Assembly (NCBI GenBank): GCA_013216065.1
Contig: JABSOH010000003.1
Span: 5,684-39,579, forward strand
Direction: 5' to 3'
Length of the DNA: 33,896 nt
DNA from: Alphaproteobacteria bacterium
GTDB taxonomy: Bacteria > Pseudomonadota > Alphaproteobacteria > JABSOH01
Numbering within the stretch: the first letter of the stretch is position 1; every line of letters begins with the position of its first letter. Below, one piece after another: positions 17,370 through 25,319 of the stretch. Both the position numbers and the translations under genes were made by a program. The notes beneath the pieces are model-generated. The model worked only from the letters and a program-made list of their open reading frames with translations. It did not search any database and had not been told where the DNA came from.

Positions 17370-17768
17370 ATGTCAAACGATCGTGGCGAGGATCAGGTTC
17401 AAAGCGACGCGGAGAATCAAGGCGGTGATATTTTACCGGAGTCCGAGGAGCAGAAGCCACTCAAGGACGGCGATTTTCTCGATCCGTTGATGGAAGAAAT
17501 GGACACGCCGAACAGCGGGCGTGACCTTGAGTCGGTGTACGATATTCCGATCAAGGTGTCGGCGGTTTTGGGCAATGCGCGCCTGAAGGTCAAGGACGTG
17601 ATGAAGATGCGCAAGGGCGACGTGGTCGAGTTGGATCGTGCGGTGGGTGATGCGATTGACATTTGGGTGAACAATCGTCTGGTCGCACGCGGCGAAGTGG
17701 TAGTGGTTGAGGAGCGTCTTGGGATCACGATGACTGAGATCATCAAAACCGATAAGGCGCAGGCTTAG
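17370..17768 (+). CDS. fliN: Flagellar motor switch protein FliN
   Basis: 132 aa. The C-terminal SpoA/FliN domain reads IPIKVSAVLGNARLKVKDVMKMRKGDVVELDRAVGDAIDIWVNNRLVARGEVVVVEERLGITMTEII. SD AGGAG lies at 17359-17363. Confidence 0.9.
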   Translation: MSNDRGEDQVQSDAENQGGDILPESEEQKPLKDGDFLDPLMEEMDTPNSGRDLESVYDIPIKVSAVLGNARLKVKDVMKMRKGDVVELDRAVGDAIDIWVNNRLVARGEVVVVEERLGITMTEIIKTDKAQA

Positions 17769-17849
17769 GGTGTGCGGCGTTCAGTGTGTTTGGTGGTTGG
17801 TGGCATAGTCCGTGACACCGAAAATGAGAAGGGAAACCGTTATGAAACG

Positions 17850-17877
17850 AACCCTTAAGAGGTCTAACCCTTAAGAG
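17850..17877 (+). repeat. Two copies of the 12-mer AACCCTTAAGAG (17850-17861 and 17866-17877) just upstream of motA
   Basis: Exact direct repeat read from the sequence, offset 16 bp and ending 9 nt before the motA ATG. It overlaps a 10-codon uORF (ATG 17842, MKRTLKRSNP, TAA 17872-17874). Confidence 0.8.
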
Positions 17878-17885
17878 ACTGGATT

Positions 17886-18701
17886 ATGGCAATAGAAACT
17901 ACTGAATTTACTCAAGTCGAAGCAAAAGCGGGGCTGGATCTTGCGACGGTCATCGGCCTGCTGGTGGCGATTGCTTTGGTGTTGGCGGCGATTTTTCAAG
18001 GGGCAGCGCCGGGTGGATTTGTCGATATTCCTTCGGTGCTGATCGTGGTGGGAGGCACTTTTGGTCTGGTGACAGCGTGCTATTCTTTTGGCAAGCTGAA
18101 AATCGGTGCTAAGCAGGTGGCTTCGGCGTTTATGGCGAAAACCTTACCTGCCCCCCAGGTTGCGGTGCAATTGCTGACCGTTGCCGATCAAGCGCGCAAA
18201 AAAGGCGTACTCTCGATCCAGGAGATGCTTTTGACGCTCGATAACCAACCTTTGTTGCAACAGGGACTCAGCATGGTGGTCGATGGCACTTCGCCGGATG
18301 TGGTGAAGCAGATCATTGCACAGTCGGTTGCCTCTGAAGAAGAGGAGGCCGCTATTTCTGGCACCATCTTGCGTAAAGCGGCTGATTTGGCGCCGGCGAT
18401 GGGGCTGATTGGTACACTGATTGGTCTGGTGCAGATGTTGGCGAACCTTGATGATCCGAACTCGATTGGCCCGGCGATGGCGGTGGCGTTGTTGACGACG
18501 TTTTATGGTGCAGTGATGGCGAACATGCTTTTTACTCCGTTGGCAACGAAGCTCGACCAGAATATGGATACAAAGACGCAGATCAACGCGATGTACATGT
18601 ATGCCATCGGGTCAGTGGCTAAGCAGGACAACCCCCGACGTCTTGAAATGATGTTGAACACCGTACTGTCGGATGCGGAGAAGATCAATTTCTTCGATTA
18701 G
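17886..18701 (+). CDS. motA: Flagellar stator protein MotA (MotA/TolQ/ExbB proton channel family)
   Basis: 271 aa with four predicted TM segments. The C-terminal motif is APAMGLIGTLIGLVQML...IGPAMAVALLTTFYGAVMANMLFTPLATKL. No motB is adjacent. Confidence 0.88.
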   Translation: MAIETTEFTQVEAKAGLDLATVIGLLVAIALVLAAIFQGAAPGGFVDIPSVLIVVGGTFGLVTACYSFGKLKIGAKQVASAFMAKTLPAPQVAVQLLTVADQARKKGVLSIQEMLLTLDNQPLLQQGLSMVVDGTSPDVVKQIIAQSVASEEEEAAISGTILRKAADLAPAMGLIGTLIGLVQMLANLDDPNSIGPAMAVALLTTFYGAVMANMLFTPLATKLDQNMDTKTQINAMYMYAIGSVAKQDNPRRLEMMLNTVLSDAEKINFFD

Positions 18702-18733
18702 ACGCGTAGCAAAGTAGCCGAGCTGGAATTTTC

Positions 18734-20095
18734 ATGAAACTCTTGATTGTCGGGATGTTGGAAGGCCATATGGCGACCGCGGGGGATATTGCCTTGAAGC
18801 GGGGTGCTAGGGTCATTTCGGCCTCGGATACGGCGCGTGCACTTGGGGTGTTGCGCACTGATGGTGATGTTGATGTGGTGATGGCGGATGTGCGCACGGA
18901 TGTTCCGGCGTTGATCAGTGCCATGGAGCGTGAGCATATTGCTGCCCCGGTGATTGCTTGTGGGATTGATGCCACCGATGCTGCCGGAGCGGTGGCGGCG
19001 ATACAGGCTGGGGCGAAAGAGTATATTCCGTTGCCCCCGGATGCAAAGTTGATAGCTGCGGTGTTTGAGGCTATCGCCGAAGAGAGTCAGGCCTACATCT
19101 ACGAAGACCAGAAGATGCATGATTTGATTGCGCAGGCAGATCGGATTGCGGCTTCGTCGGCCTCGGTGTTGATTTTGGGTGAGTCTGGAACCGGGAAAGA
19201 GGGTCTGGCGCGTCATCTGCACCAACAAAGCAACCGTGCGCAGCAGAGCTTTATTGCAGTTAATTGTGCGGCGATTCCAGAGAATTTGTTGGAGTCGGAA
19301 CTGTTTGGCCATGAGAAGGGGGCGTTTACGGGTGCGACGGCGCGCCGGATCGGGAAGTTTGAGGCGGCGCATGGTGGCACTTTGCTGCTTGATGAAATCG
19401 GCGAGATGGCCAAGCATTTGCAGGCCAAGCTGTTGCGTGCGATTCAAGAGCGTGAGATCGACCGTGTTGGTGGTAATGTTCCGGTGAAGGTTGATGTGCG
19501 GCTGCTGGCGACGAGCAACCGGGTTTTGTTTGAAGAGGTTGAGGCGGGCAACTTTCGCCAGGATTTGTATTATCGTTTGAACGTGGTGACCCTGATCCTG
19601 CCGGCTTTGCGTGAACGCGTGGGTGATATTCCGAAATTGGCCGATTATTTTGCCAAACACTACGCCGAGGACAACGGCGTAGCTTACCGTCCGTTTTCGA
19701 AGGAGGCGCGCGAAAAACTCGTGGCCTATAGCTGGCCGGGCAATGTCCGTGAGTTGGAAAATACCGTGCATCGTTCGGTGTTGTTTTCGCAAGGTCAGTA
19801 CCTTGACGCCAATTCGATTCTGCTCAATCCTAAGCAATTCAAGGCCAGCGAGCCGCAGGCAGATACTTCCGAATTGCCCGGAACTTCGGCGGATACAGTC
19901 AAGATGCATCTTGGGTCAGGTGTTTTGGTTGGGCGAACGGTGGATGATGTTGAGCGCGAATTGATTTTAAATACCCTCGATCAGTACACCGGGAATCGCA
20001 CTCAGGCGGCAAAAATTTTGGGAATCTCGATCCGCACTTTGCGCAATAAGTTGAAAAAATACACCGAAGAGGGCTTTGCCATTTGTGGCGAGTAA
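18734..20095 (+). CDS. flbD: Sigma54-dependent transcriptional activator FlbD (atypical receiver + AAA+ + Fis-type HTH)
   Basis: Walker A is [11 protein letters not shown]. The sigma54-contact loop GAFTGA is present ([13 protein letters not shown]). Walker B is [10 protein letters not shown]. The C-terminal HTH is [23 protein letters not shown]. The N-terminal receiver-like domain contains [19 protein letters not shown], as in FlbD proteins. It sits in a fliF-...-fliN-...-flbD context. Confidence 0.9.
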   Translation: MKLLIVGMLEGHMATAGDIALKRGARVISASDTARALGVLRTDGDVDVVMADVRTDVPALISAMEREHIAAPVIACGIDATDAAGAVAAIQAGAKEYIPLPPDAKLIAAVFEAIAEESQAYIYEDQKMHDLIAQADRIAASSASVLILGESGTGKEGLARHLHQQSNRAQQSFIAVNCAAIPENLLESELFGHEKGAFTGATARRIGKFEAAHGGTLLLDEIGEMAKHLQAKLLRAIQEREIDRVGGNVPVKVDVRLLATSNRVLFEEVEAGNFRQDLYYRLNVVTLILPALRERVGDIPKLADYFAKHYAEDNGVAYRPFSKEAREKLVAYSWPGNVRELENTVHRSVLFSQGQYLDANSILLNPKQFKASEPQADTSELPGTSADTVKMHLGSGVLVGRTVDDVERELILNTLDQYTGNRTQAAKILGISIRTLRNKLKKYTEEGFAICGE

Positions 20096-20101
20096 AGTTC
20101 C

Positions 20102-22243
20102 ATGAGCGAGCAACAGCCCTCGAAAAATGCCTCAAGCCTATTGAGCGGCTTGGGTCAGGTCATCGGCAACAGTCCGCGCCTACAAAGTGGGCTTGGGATG
20201 ATTCGTGGCCGAGCGGATTACATTCTTCCCGTGGGCATTCTGGCGATTTTGACTCTGTTGTTGATCCCGTTACCGACTTGGTTACTCGACTTCACCTTGT
20301 CGATATCCATCGCGTTTTCCGTCGTGATTCTGATGGCGGTAATCTTTGTTGTTACACCGCTTGAGTTGAGTGCGTTCCCGACCATTTTGCTGCTTGCAAC
20401 CATGCTCAGGCTGGGGTTGAACGTCGCTTCAACACGCCTGATCCTCAGCAACGGTCACGAAGGAACTGATGCTGCCGGGCAGGTGATCCAGGCCTTTGGT
20501 AGCTTTGTCGCTGGAGGTAATTACGTTATCGGGATTATCGTGTTTTCGATTCTGGTGATCATCAACTTTATTGTGATCACCAAGGGTGCCGGGCGTATCG
20601 CTGAGGTGACAGCGCGCTTTACCTTGGATGCGATGCCCGGCAAGCAAATGGCGGTCGATGCGGATTTGTCGGCAGGGCTGATCGACGAGAACGAAGCCCG
20701 CGAGCGACGCTCGATCCTTGAAAAAGAAAGCGCGTTTTTCGGCGCGATGGACGGGGCATCAAAATTTGTCCGCGGTGATGCCATTGCCGGAATTTTGATC
20801 ACGCTGGTCAATATCGTCGGTGGGATCATTATCGGTCTGGTGCAACGCGATATGGCATTGGTGGATGCGGCGCAGAATTATACTTTGTTGACCATCGGCG
20901 ATGGCCTTGTGACTCAAATTCCGGCGTTGGTGGTTTCGACGGCGGCGGGTTTGTTGGTCGCCAAATCTAGTGGAAGCGCCGAAGCTACCGACAAGCAGAT
21001 TTTCGGGCAACTCAGCAATTACTTCTCGGCGATGGTGTTGTCTTCAGTGGTGCTGTTCGGTCTAGCCATCACGCCGGGATTGCCGTTCGCGCCGTTTCTA
21101 TTTCTTTGTGGCCTCACGGCTTTGCTAAGCTATTACATCTATCGTCGTAATCAGCGCGAGGATGATAAGGCCGATGCCATCGCTGATGATGAACTGATTT
21201 TGCCATCTGAAGAACCTATTTCGAGTGCATTGCAGATTGATCTGGTGCGGCTTGAATTGGGCTATGGCCTGTTGCCGCTGATCAATGCCAACAACGAATA
21301 CCGCCTAACCGATCAGATCAAGGCATTGCGGTGGCAAATCGCCTCGGAGTGCGGGTTCATCATGCCAGCGATCCGGATTCAGGACAATCTGCAATTGCCC
21401 TCGAACAGCTACGTGGTGGTGATCAAGGAAATTGAGGCCGGACGTGGCGACTTGCGTCCCAACATGTTATTGGCAATGGATCCGCGTGGCGAGAAAATCA
21501 CCATTGCTGGCGAGTCTGGTATTGAGCCGACCTTTGGCCTTCCGGCAACGTGGATCAACGAAACCTCGCGCGAGGAGGCAATGTTTCGTGGCTATACCGT
21601 GGTTGATCCCTCGACGGTGATCACGACGCACTTGACCGAGTTGGTCAAGAACAACATGCACGAGTTGCTCTCTTACGGCGAAACCCAGAAACTACTCGAT
21701 GAGCTACCAACGCAGCACAGTAAACTGGTTGGCGACTTGATTCCGAGCGCGATTACTTTGGGCGGTGTGCAACGGGTATTGCAAAATTTGCTGCAAGAGC
21801 GGGTTTCGATCCGCGATTTACCGACGATTCTCGAAGGAGTTTACGAATCTTGTAGTTACACCAAGAACGTGCTGTATATCACCGAGCATGTCCGCGCGCG
21901 TTTATCGCGGCAGATATCGAATTCGGTGGTCAATGAACACGGCATCATCATGTTGGTGTCTCTAAGTCCTGAATGGGAGCAAAGCTTCATCGAATCGGTG
22001 GTGGATGAAGATGGGGAACGTCAACTTGCGATGGCACCGAGTGCTTTGCAAGAGTTCACCAAACGCGTCAAAGAGGTCTATCAGGAGCAAAATGAGCGTG
22101 GAATTTCTCCGGTAATGTTGGTCAGTCCGGCAATCCGGCCATACGTGCGTACGGTGATCGAGCGTTTCAATCCGAACATCATGGTGATCTCGCAAAACGA
22201 AATTCATGTTTCGGCGCGGATACGCACTATCGGGCTGATTTAG
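20102..22243 (+). CDS. flhA: Flagellar type III export gate protein FlhA
   Basis: 713 aa with an N-terminal polytopic membrane domain. The FHIPEP motifs are FPTILLLATMLRLGLNVASTRLIL, RIAEVTARFTLDAMPGKQMAVDADL and FVRGDAIAGILIT. A C-terminal cytoplasmic domain follows. Confidence 0.95.
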   Translation: MSEQQPSKNASSLLSGLGQVIGNSPRLQSGLGMIRGRADYILPVGILAILTLLLIPLPTWLLDFTLSISIAFSVVILMAVIFVVTPLELSAFPTILLLATMLRLGLNVASTRLILSNGHEGTDAAGQVIQAFGSFVAGGNYVIGIIVFSILVIINFIVITKGAGRIAEVTARFTLDAMPGKQMAVDADLSAGLIDENEARERRSILEKESAFFGAMDGASKFVRGDAIAGILITLVNIVGGIIIGLVQRDMALVDAAQNYTLLTIGDGLVTQIPALVVSTAAGLLVAKSSGSAEATDKQIFGQLSNYFSAMVLSSVVLFGLAITPGLPFAPFLFLCGLTALLSYYIYRRNQREDDKADAIADDELILPSEEPISSALQIDLVRLELGYGLLPLINANNEYRLTDQIKALRWQIASECGFIMPAIRIQDNLQLPSNSYVVVIKEIEAGRGDLRPNMLLAMDPRGEKITIAGESGIEPTFGLPATWINETSREEAMFRGYTVVDPSTVITTHLTELVKNNMHELLSYGETQKLLDELPTQHSKLVGDLIPSAITLGGVQRVLQNLLQERVSIRDLPTILEGVYESCSYTKNVLYITEHVRARLSRQISNSVVNEHGIIMLVSLSPEWEQSFIESVVDEDGERQLAMAPSALQEFTKRVKEVYQEQNERGISPVMLVSPAIRPYVRTVIERFNPNIMVISQNEIHVSARIRTIGLI

Positions 22244-22546
22244 GGTGGGCATCTTCGAATCCTCATAAAAAACACCGCAGAACAACAACCGCGCGAATAC
22301 ATCGGCCAGCGCGTGTTTATGGCACCATCGGTAAAGAGTTTCCTTCATGGCTCTATCCCAAGGTGATGAAGACTACAGCGATGAGCAAAAGTAACAATTC
22401 GACTGTATTTCTGCATTGATTATCATGGAGCACTCAAGATCGAACGCGGGCTGCAACGCAAGGTTAACATTCAGAAGAAAGCCGCCCAAAATAGACTCTG
22501 GTGAATATAGTTCTGCTCTGCATGACGTTCTGGTTGATCGGTTTGG

Positions 22547-22810
22547 TCAGTAATGCCTTGTCTGCACCCAATAGCGGGTTTTTATCAGGCCAGCACCGTG
22601 TTTGATCGCAACATTTAGCGCTGCAGAAATCAGGCTCAAATCATGGTTGACCTTTGAGGGACAAGCCCGTCTGACTTTATCACCAGTCCATTGCTGAAAA
22701 TGATCAGGTGTTAAGTCTTGCAATGGCGAAAATGCAAAACCGACACGTTTTAATCTTCCAATGCGCATGGCTTCATTATTGCACACTTTTTTTCTTTGGT
22801 GTGACCTCAA
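22547..22810 (-). pseudogene. Fragment of a tyrosine-recombinase (phage-type integrase), N-terminal SAM-like region only
   Basis: The 87-aa ORF reads ...LQDLTPDHFQQWTGDKV...SKVNHDLSLISAALNVAIKHG.GLI. This resembles the core-binding domain (it...i..f......s..t.nr.ls.l...f..A...g.i). No catalytic domain (R..HxxR..Y) follows before flhA. The flanks at 22244-22546 and 22811-23160 carry only broken reading frames. It lies on the 3' side of tRNA-Leu. Confidence 0.45.
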
Positions 22811-23166
22811 TCGCGTGGCGAATCCAGAGCATTGATTGAAGATTTTACCCTGAAGGACTAATCGATCACCATTCTTGGTCGCTAGTCCGTGCTCAAAAGC
22901 CTACAGACTTGTATCCTGAATCTGATCAAAAGGCCTGTTCTGGGATTTGAAATCTTTGCGGCGGATCTGTGCACCTAAAATCGACCGCGATATTCTCTGA
23001 TTGTCACCATCCATTATCACATCTGATCACAAATAATGACAGGACCTGTATGGCACATATTCGACAAAAGTAAATAGTTTTAGTTGTTCAAACCCTAAAA
23101 AACCTATATTTTACAAGGTTTTTGGTGGTTTTTCATGGATTTCTAATTATCTAGATAAACCTAAAG

Positions 23167-23253
23167 TGGTGCCCAGAAGAAGACTCGAACTTCCACGATG
23201 TCACCATCACAGGTACCTGAAACCTGCGCGTCTACCAATTCCGCCACCTGGGC
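23167..23253 (-). tRNA. tRNA-Leu (anticodon CAG), long variable arm, CCA encoded
   Basis: The reverse complement reads GCCCAGGTGGCGGAATTGGTAGACGCGCAGGTTTCAGGTACCTGTGATGGTGACATCGTGGAAGTTCGAGTCTTCTTCTGGGCACCA. It has acceptor GCCCAGG/TCTGGGC with one wobble pair, anticodon stem-loop CAGGT-TTCAGGT-ACCTG, a type II variable arm, and a T arm GGAAGTTCGAGTCTTCT. Confidence 0.92.
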
Positions 23254-23278
23254 AGGTGTGCTGTCAATGAGTGCTGCA

Positions 23279-23307
23279 CTTATGCCTTGTGCACTCTGGG
23301 CTGTCAA
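23279..23307 (-). promoter_or_regulatory. Candidate sigma70-type promoter for tRNA-Leu
   Basis: The minus strand reads TTGACA (23307-23302), a 17-nt spacer, then CATAAG (23284-23279). This lies ~25 nt upstream of the tRNA 5' end. Hexamer match only. Confidence 0.35.
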
Positions 23308-23393
23308 GCAACAACAGTGTGCTGAAATTCTGCGCCGATATCGCGCATTATGTTTCACAGAGAAGCATTGGCCCTAACCTTTAGCCTAAACAC

Positions 23394-24510
23394 TTAAGGA
23401 GTAAGGTATGAATGATTTGTGATCGGCTAGACGTCCTGAATTTGTTAGAGAATGAGGGGAGGTGGATAGGTTTCAGGCTGGATGACACGTTAGGGTATTG
23501 TGACCCTGTAGAGGAGAATACCTGCGCCTGTTTCCGAACAGCTTTCTCAAGAGACCTTGACATAGTGGGAGTTTGGTTTAGTCGTTCACGCCTCTTTCGG
23601 AGTTCAACCTCTCACCATCCAGGAGAATAACAAATGTCGTATGTCGGGGTCGACCACCATACGAGTTCTTTTATGATTTATCGTCTTGATGCTTGGCGAT
23701 GAGTTGGCGGAAGCGATGAGTCATGTTTCCTGATTCTGTGATGAGGTGTGCCCGTGTCTCGACCGGATCGTAGTGGTGAACCTGGGTCAGTTCCAGGTGA
23801 TCCTCCAATCGGTAAAAAAGACGGATCGCAACGATGCCAGGACTTTGGTATTCTTTCTTTCCAAAGATATGTTGCCCGAGACGCATTTGAAATCTGTGGC
23901 TGAGGCCAAGTTGATGTCACTGGTTCAGACCTGTGACAGTTTTGTGAAGAGCCGCACGTTGCTACTGAACAAGATCCACGTTCTTATAATCACCCGGGGA
24001 TGAGGCTCAAAAAAGAAGGTTTGGCAAGCCGGAAGAAACTATTAGCGTTTGACCTTAGCTAGTTCATACAGCTTGAATGTGTTGAACATGACGCTTTACG
24101 TGAGTAGACCCTGAACCTGACGACCGCACTCACGAAACTGGATAATGCTATCGAAACAGCAACTGAGAAAATGGACGGCTTTGATGGGCTGACAGCGTCA
24201 GAGGTGTCGGCGCTTGCTCAGTTGCGGTACTACTCTCAGGTATCGGCAATGTGGATAACTTGACCAGTGCTGACAAACTCGCAACTTATATTGAGATTGT
24301 ACTACGGGTCAGCCAATCGACGCATCACCCAAGCGAGGCAACAAGCTCGTGTGCACGACGCTGGTACAAGCGCACTGATCTTTACATCTTGCAGCATGAA
24401 AATTACTGACGATCATCTATGACGCACTCAAAAACCGCCGGGTATTCAATGATTTTTACATAATTCAAGATTAGGCAAAGTCAATTACATAATGGACAAT
24501 TATCATAGAA
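23394..24510 (+). mobile_element. Degenerate IS110-family insertion sequence (near full length but inactivated)
   Basis: It has a ~240-nt non-coding left end, a broken transposase frame, and a short (~36 nt) right end finishing ...AATGGACAATTATCATAG. The subterminal imperfect inverted repeat is TATGAATGATTTGT (left) versus the reverse complement of ACAATTATCATA (right). Both ends are shared with the element at 16843-17362. Confidence 0.8.
23634..24474 (+). pseudogene. IS110-family (DEDD) transposase pseudogene
   Basis: It starts MSYVGVDHHTSSFMIYRLD and stops after ~22 codons. Later frames give VVNLGQFQVILQSVKKTDRNDARTLVFFLSKDMLPE (the KTDxxDA motif of IS110 DEDD transposases), SFVKSRTLLLNKIHVL and the C-terminal KLLTIIYDALKNRRVFNDF. 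These are interrupted by several stops and frameshifts, and the gene is shorter than an intact one. Confidence 0.78.
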
Positions 24511-24516
24511 AATATT

Positions 24517-25319
24517 ATGGCTTTTCGTGCCTTGATCGTTCGCAAAGATGACGACGCGGCCTCTGCGGCTGTGGAGTACATTACCCACAATCAACTGCTC
24601 GAAGGCAATGTCATCGTGGCCGTAGAGTACTCAACCTTAAATTACAAAGACGGCCTCTGTCTCGGCTCTGGTGGCGGCCTTGTGCGTCGGTATCCGCATG
24701 TGCCGGGTATCGATTTTGCGGGAATGGTGAAAAACTCGGATCACGCTAATTTTGCCCCGGGTGATCGTGTCGTTCTCACCGGATGGGGGGTCGGCCAAAG
24801 TGCGCGGGGGCGGTTACGCCCAACAAGCCCGCGTCAAGGAGCGAGTGGCTGATGAAACTTGCCGGAAGGCCTTTCCACACGTCATGCCATGGCTGTCGTC
24901 GGCACTGCAGGACTAGCCGCCATGCTTGGCCATCAAAGCACTCGAAGCCCCCCACGGTGTTGCACTAGGAGAAAAACCTGTCGTAGTCACCGGCGCGAGC
25001 GGCGGAGTTGGCTCAATCGCCACGGCATTGCTCGCCAAAATCGGCTTCAGTGTTGCCGTCGTTACCGGGCGTGCCGAAACCGCGGACTATCTAAAATCCC
25101 TCGGCGCAACCGAGATTATCCCACGCGAAGAACTTGCCGAAATCGTCAATCATCCTCTTGAATCCGAACGCTGCCTGGGCGTGCATCGACACTCTGCTTG
25201 ATCGCGGTCAACTCGAAACCATCATCACCGATGCCCACATCGAAGACCTCCCCAGCCTTGGGCGTGACATCCTGAAAGGACAAGTCAAAGGCCGAGTTGT
25301 CGTCGACGTGAACGCCTAG
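24517..25319 (+). pseudogene. YhdH/AcuI-type NADPH:quinone (acrylyl-CoA) oxidoreductase pseudogene
   Basis: Frame 1 gives MAFRALIVRKDD...VEYSTLNYKDGLC...PHVPGIDFAGMV...GDRVVLTGWGVGQS. The match continues in other frames as GGYAQQARVK, LPEGLSTRHAMAVVGTAGLAAML, and EKPVVVTGASGGVGSIATALLAKIGFSVAVVTGRAETADYLKSLGATEIIPREE. After an internal deletion it jumps to the C-terminal ILKGQVKGRVVVDV. There are at least three frame breaks. Confidence 0.8.

Noticed and set aside
17855-17874. TTAA ... TTAA pair in the motA leader as a possible CtrA box
   Set aside because: The spacing is 12 nt, not the N7 of the TTAA-N7-TTAAC consensus. I found no correctly spaced CtrA-type box upstream of fliF either.
18698-19909. 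403-aa ORF antisense to flbD
   Set aside because: It lies entirely inside, and opposite to, a gene with unmistakable AAA+/GAFTGA motifs. Its composition is R/Q/H/L-rich low complexity with no recognisable motif. Long shadow ORFs opposite strongly biased genes are common artefacts.
21962-22348. 128-aa minus-strand ORF overlapping the flhA 3' end
   Set aside because: Most of it is antisense to the well-supported flhA C-terminal domain, and the rest lies in the decayed integrase region. No motif supports it.
22394-22430. ACAATTC ... GATTATCATGGAG resembling the IS110-type right end (ACAATTCAAG ... CAATTATCATAGGAG), possibly a third solo end
   Set aside because: Only ~20 scattered matching bases with a gap. 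That is too short and degenerate to separate from chance within this window alone.
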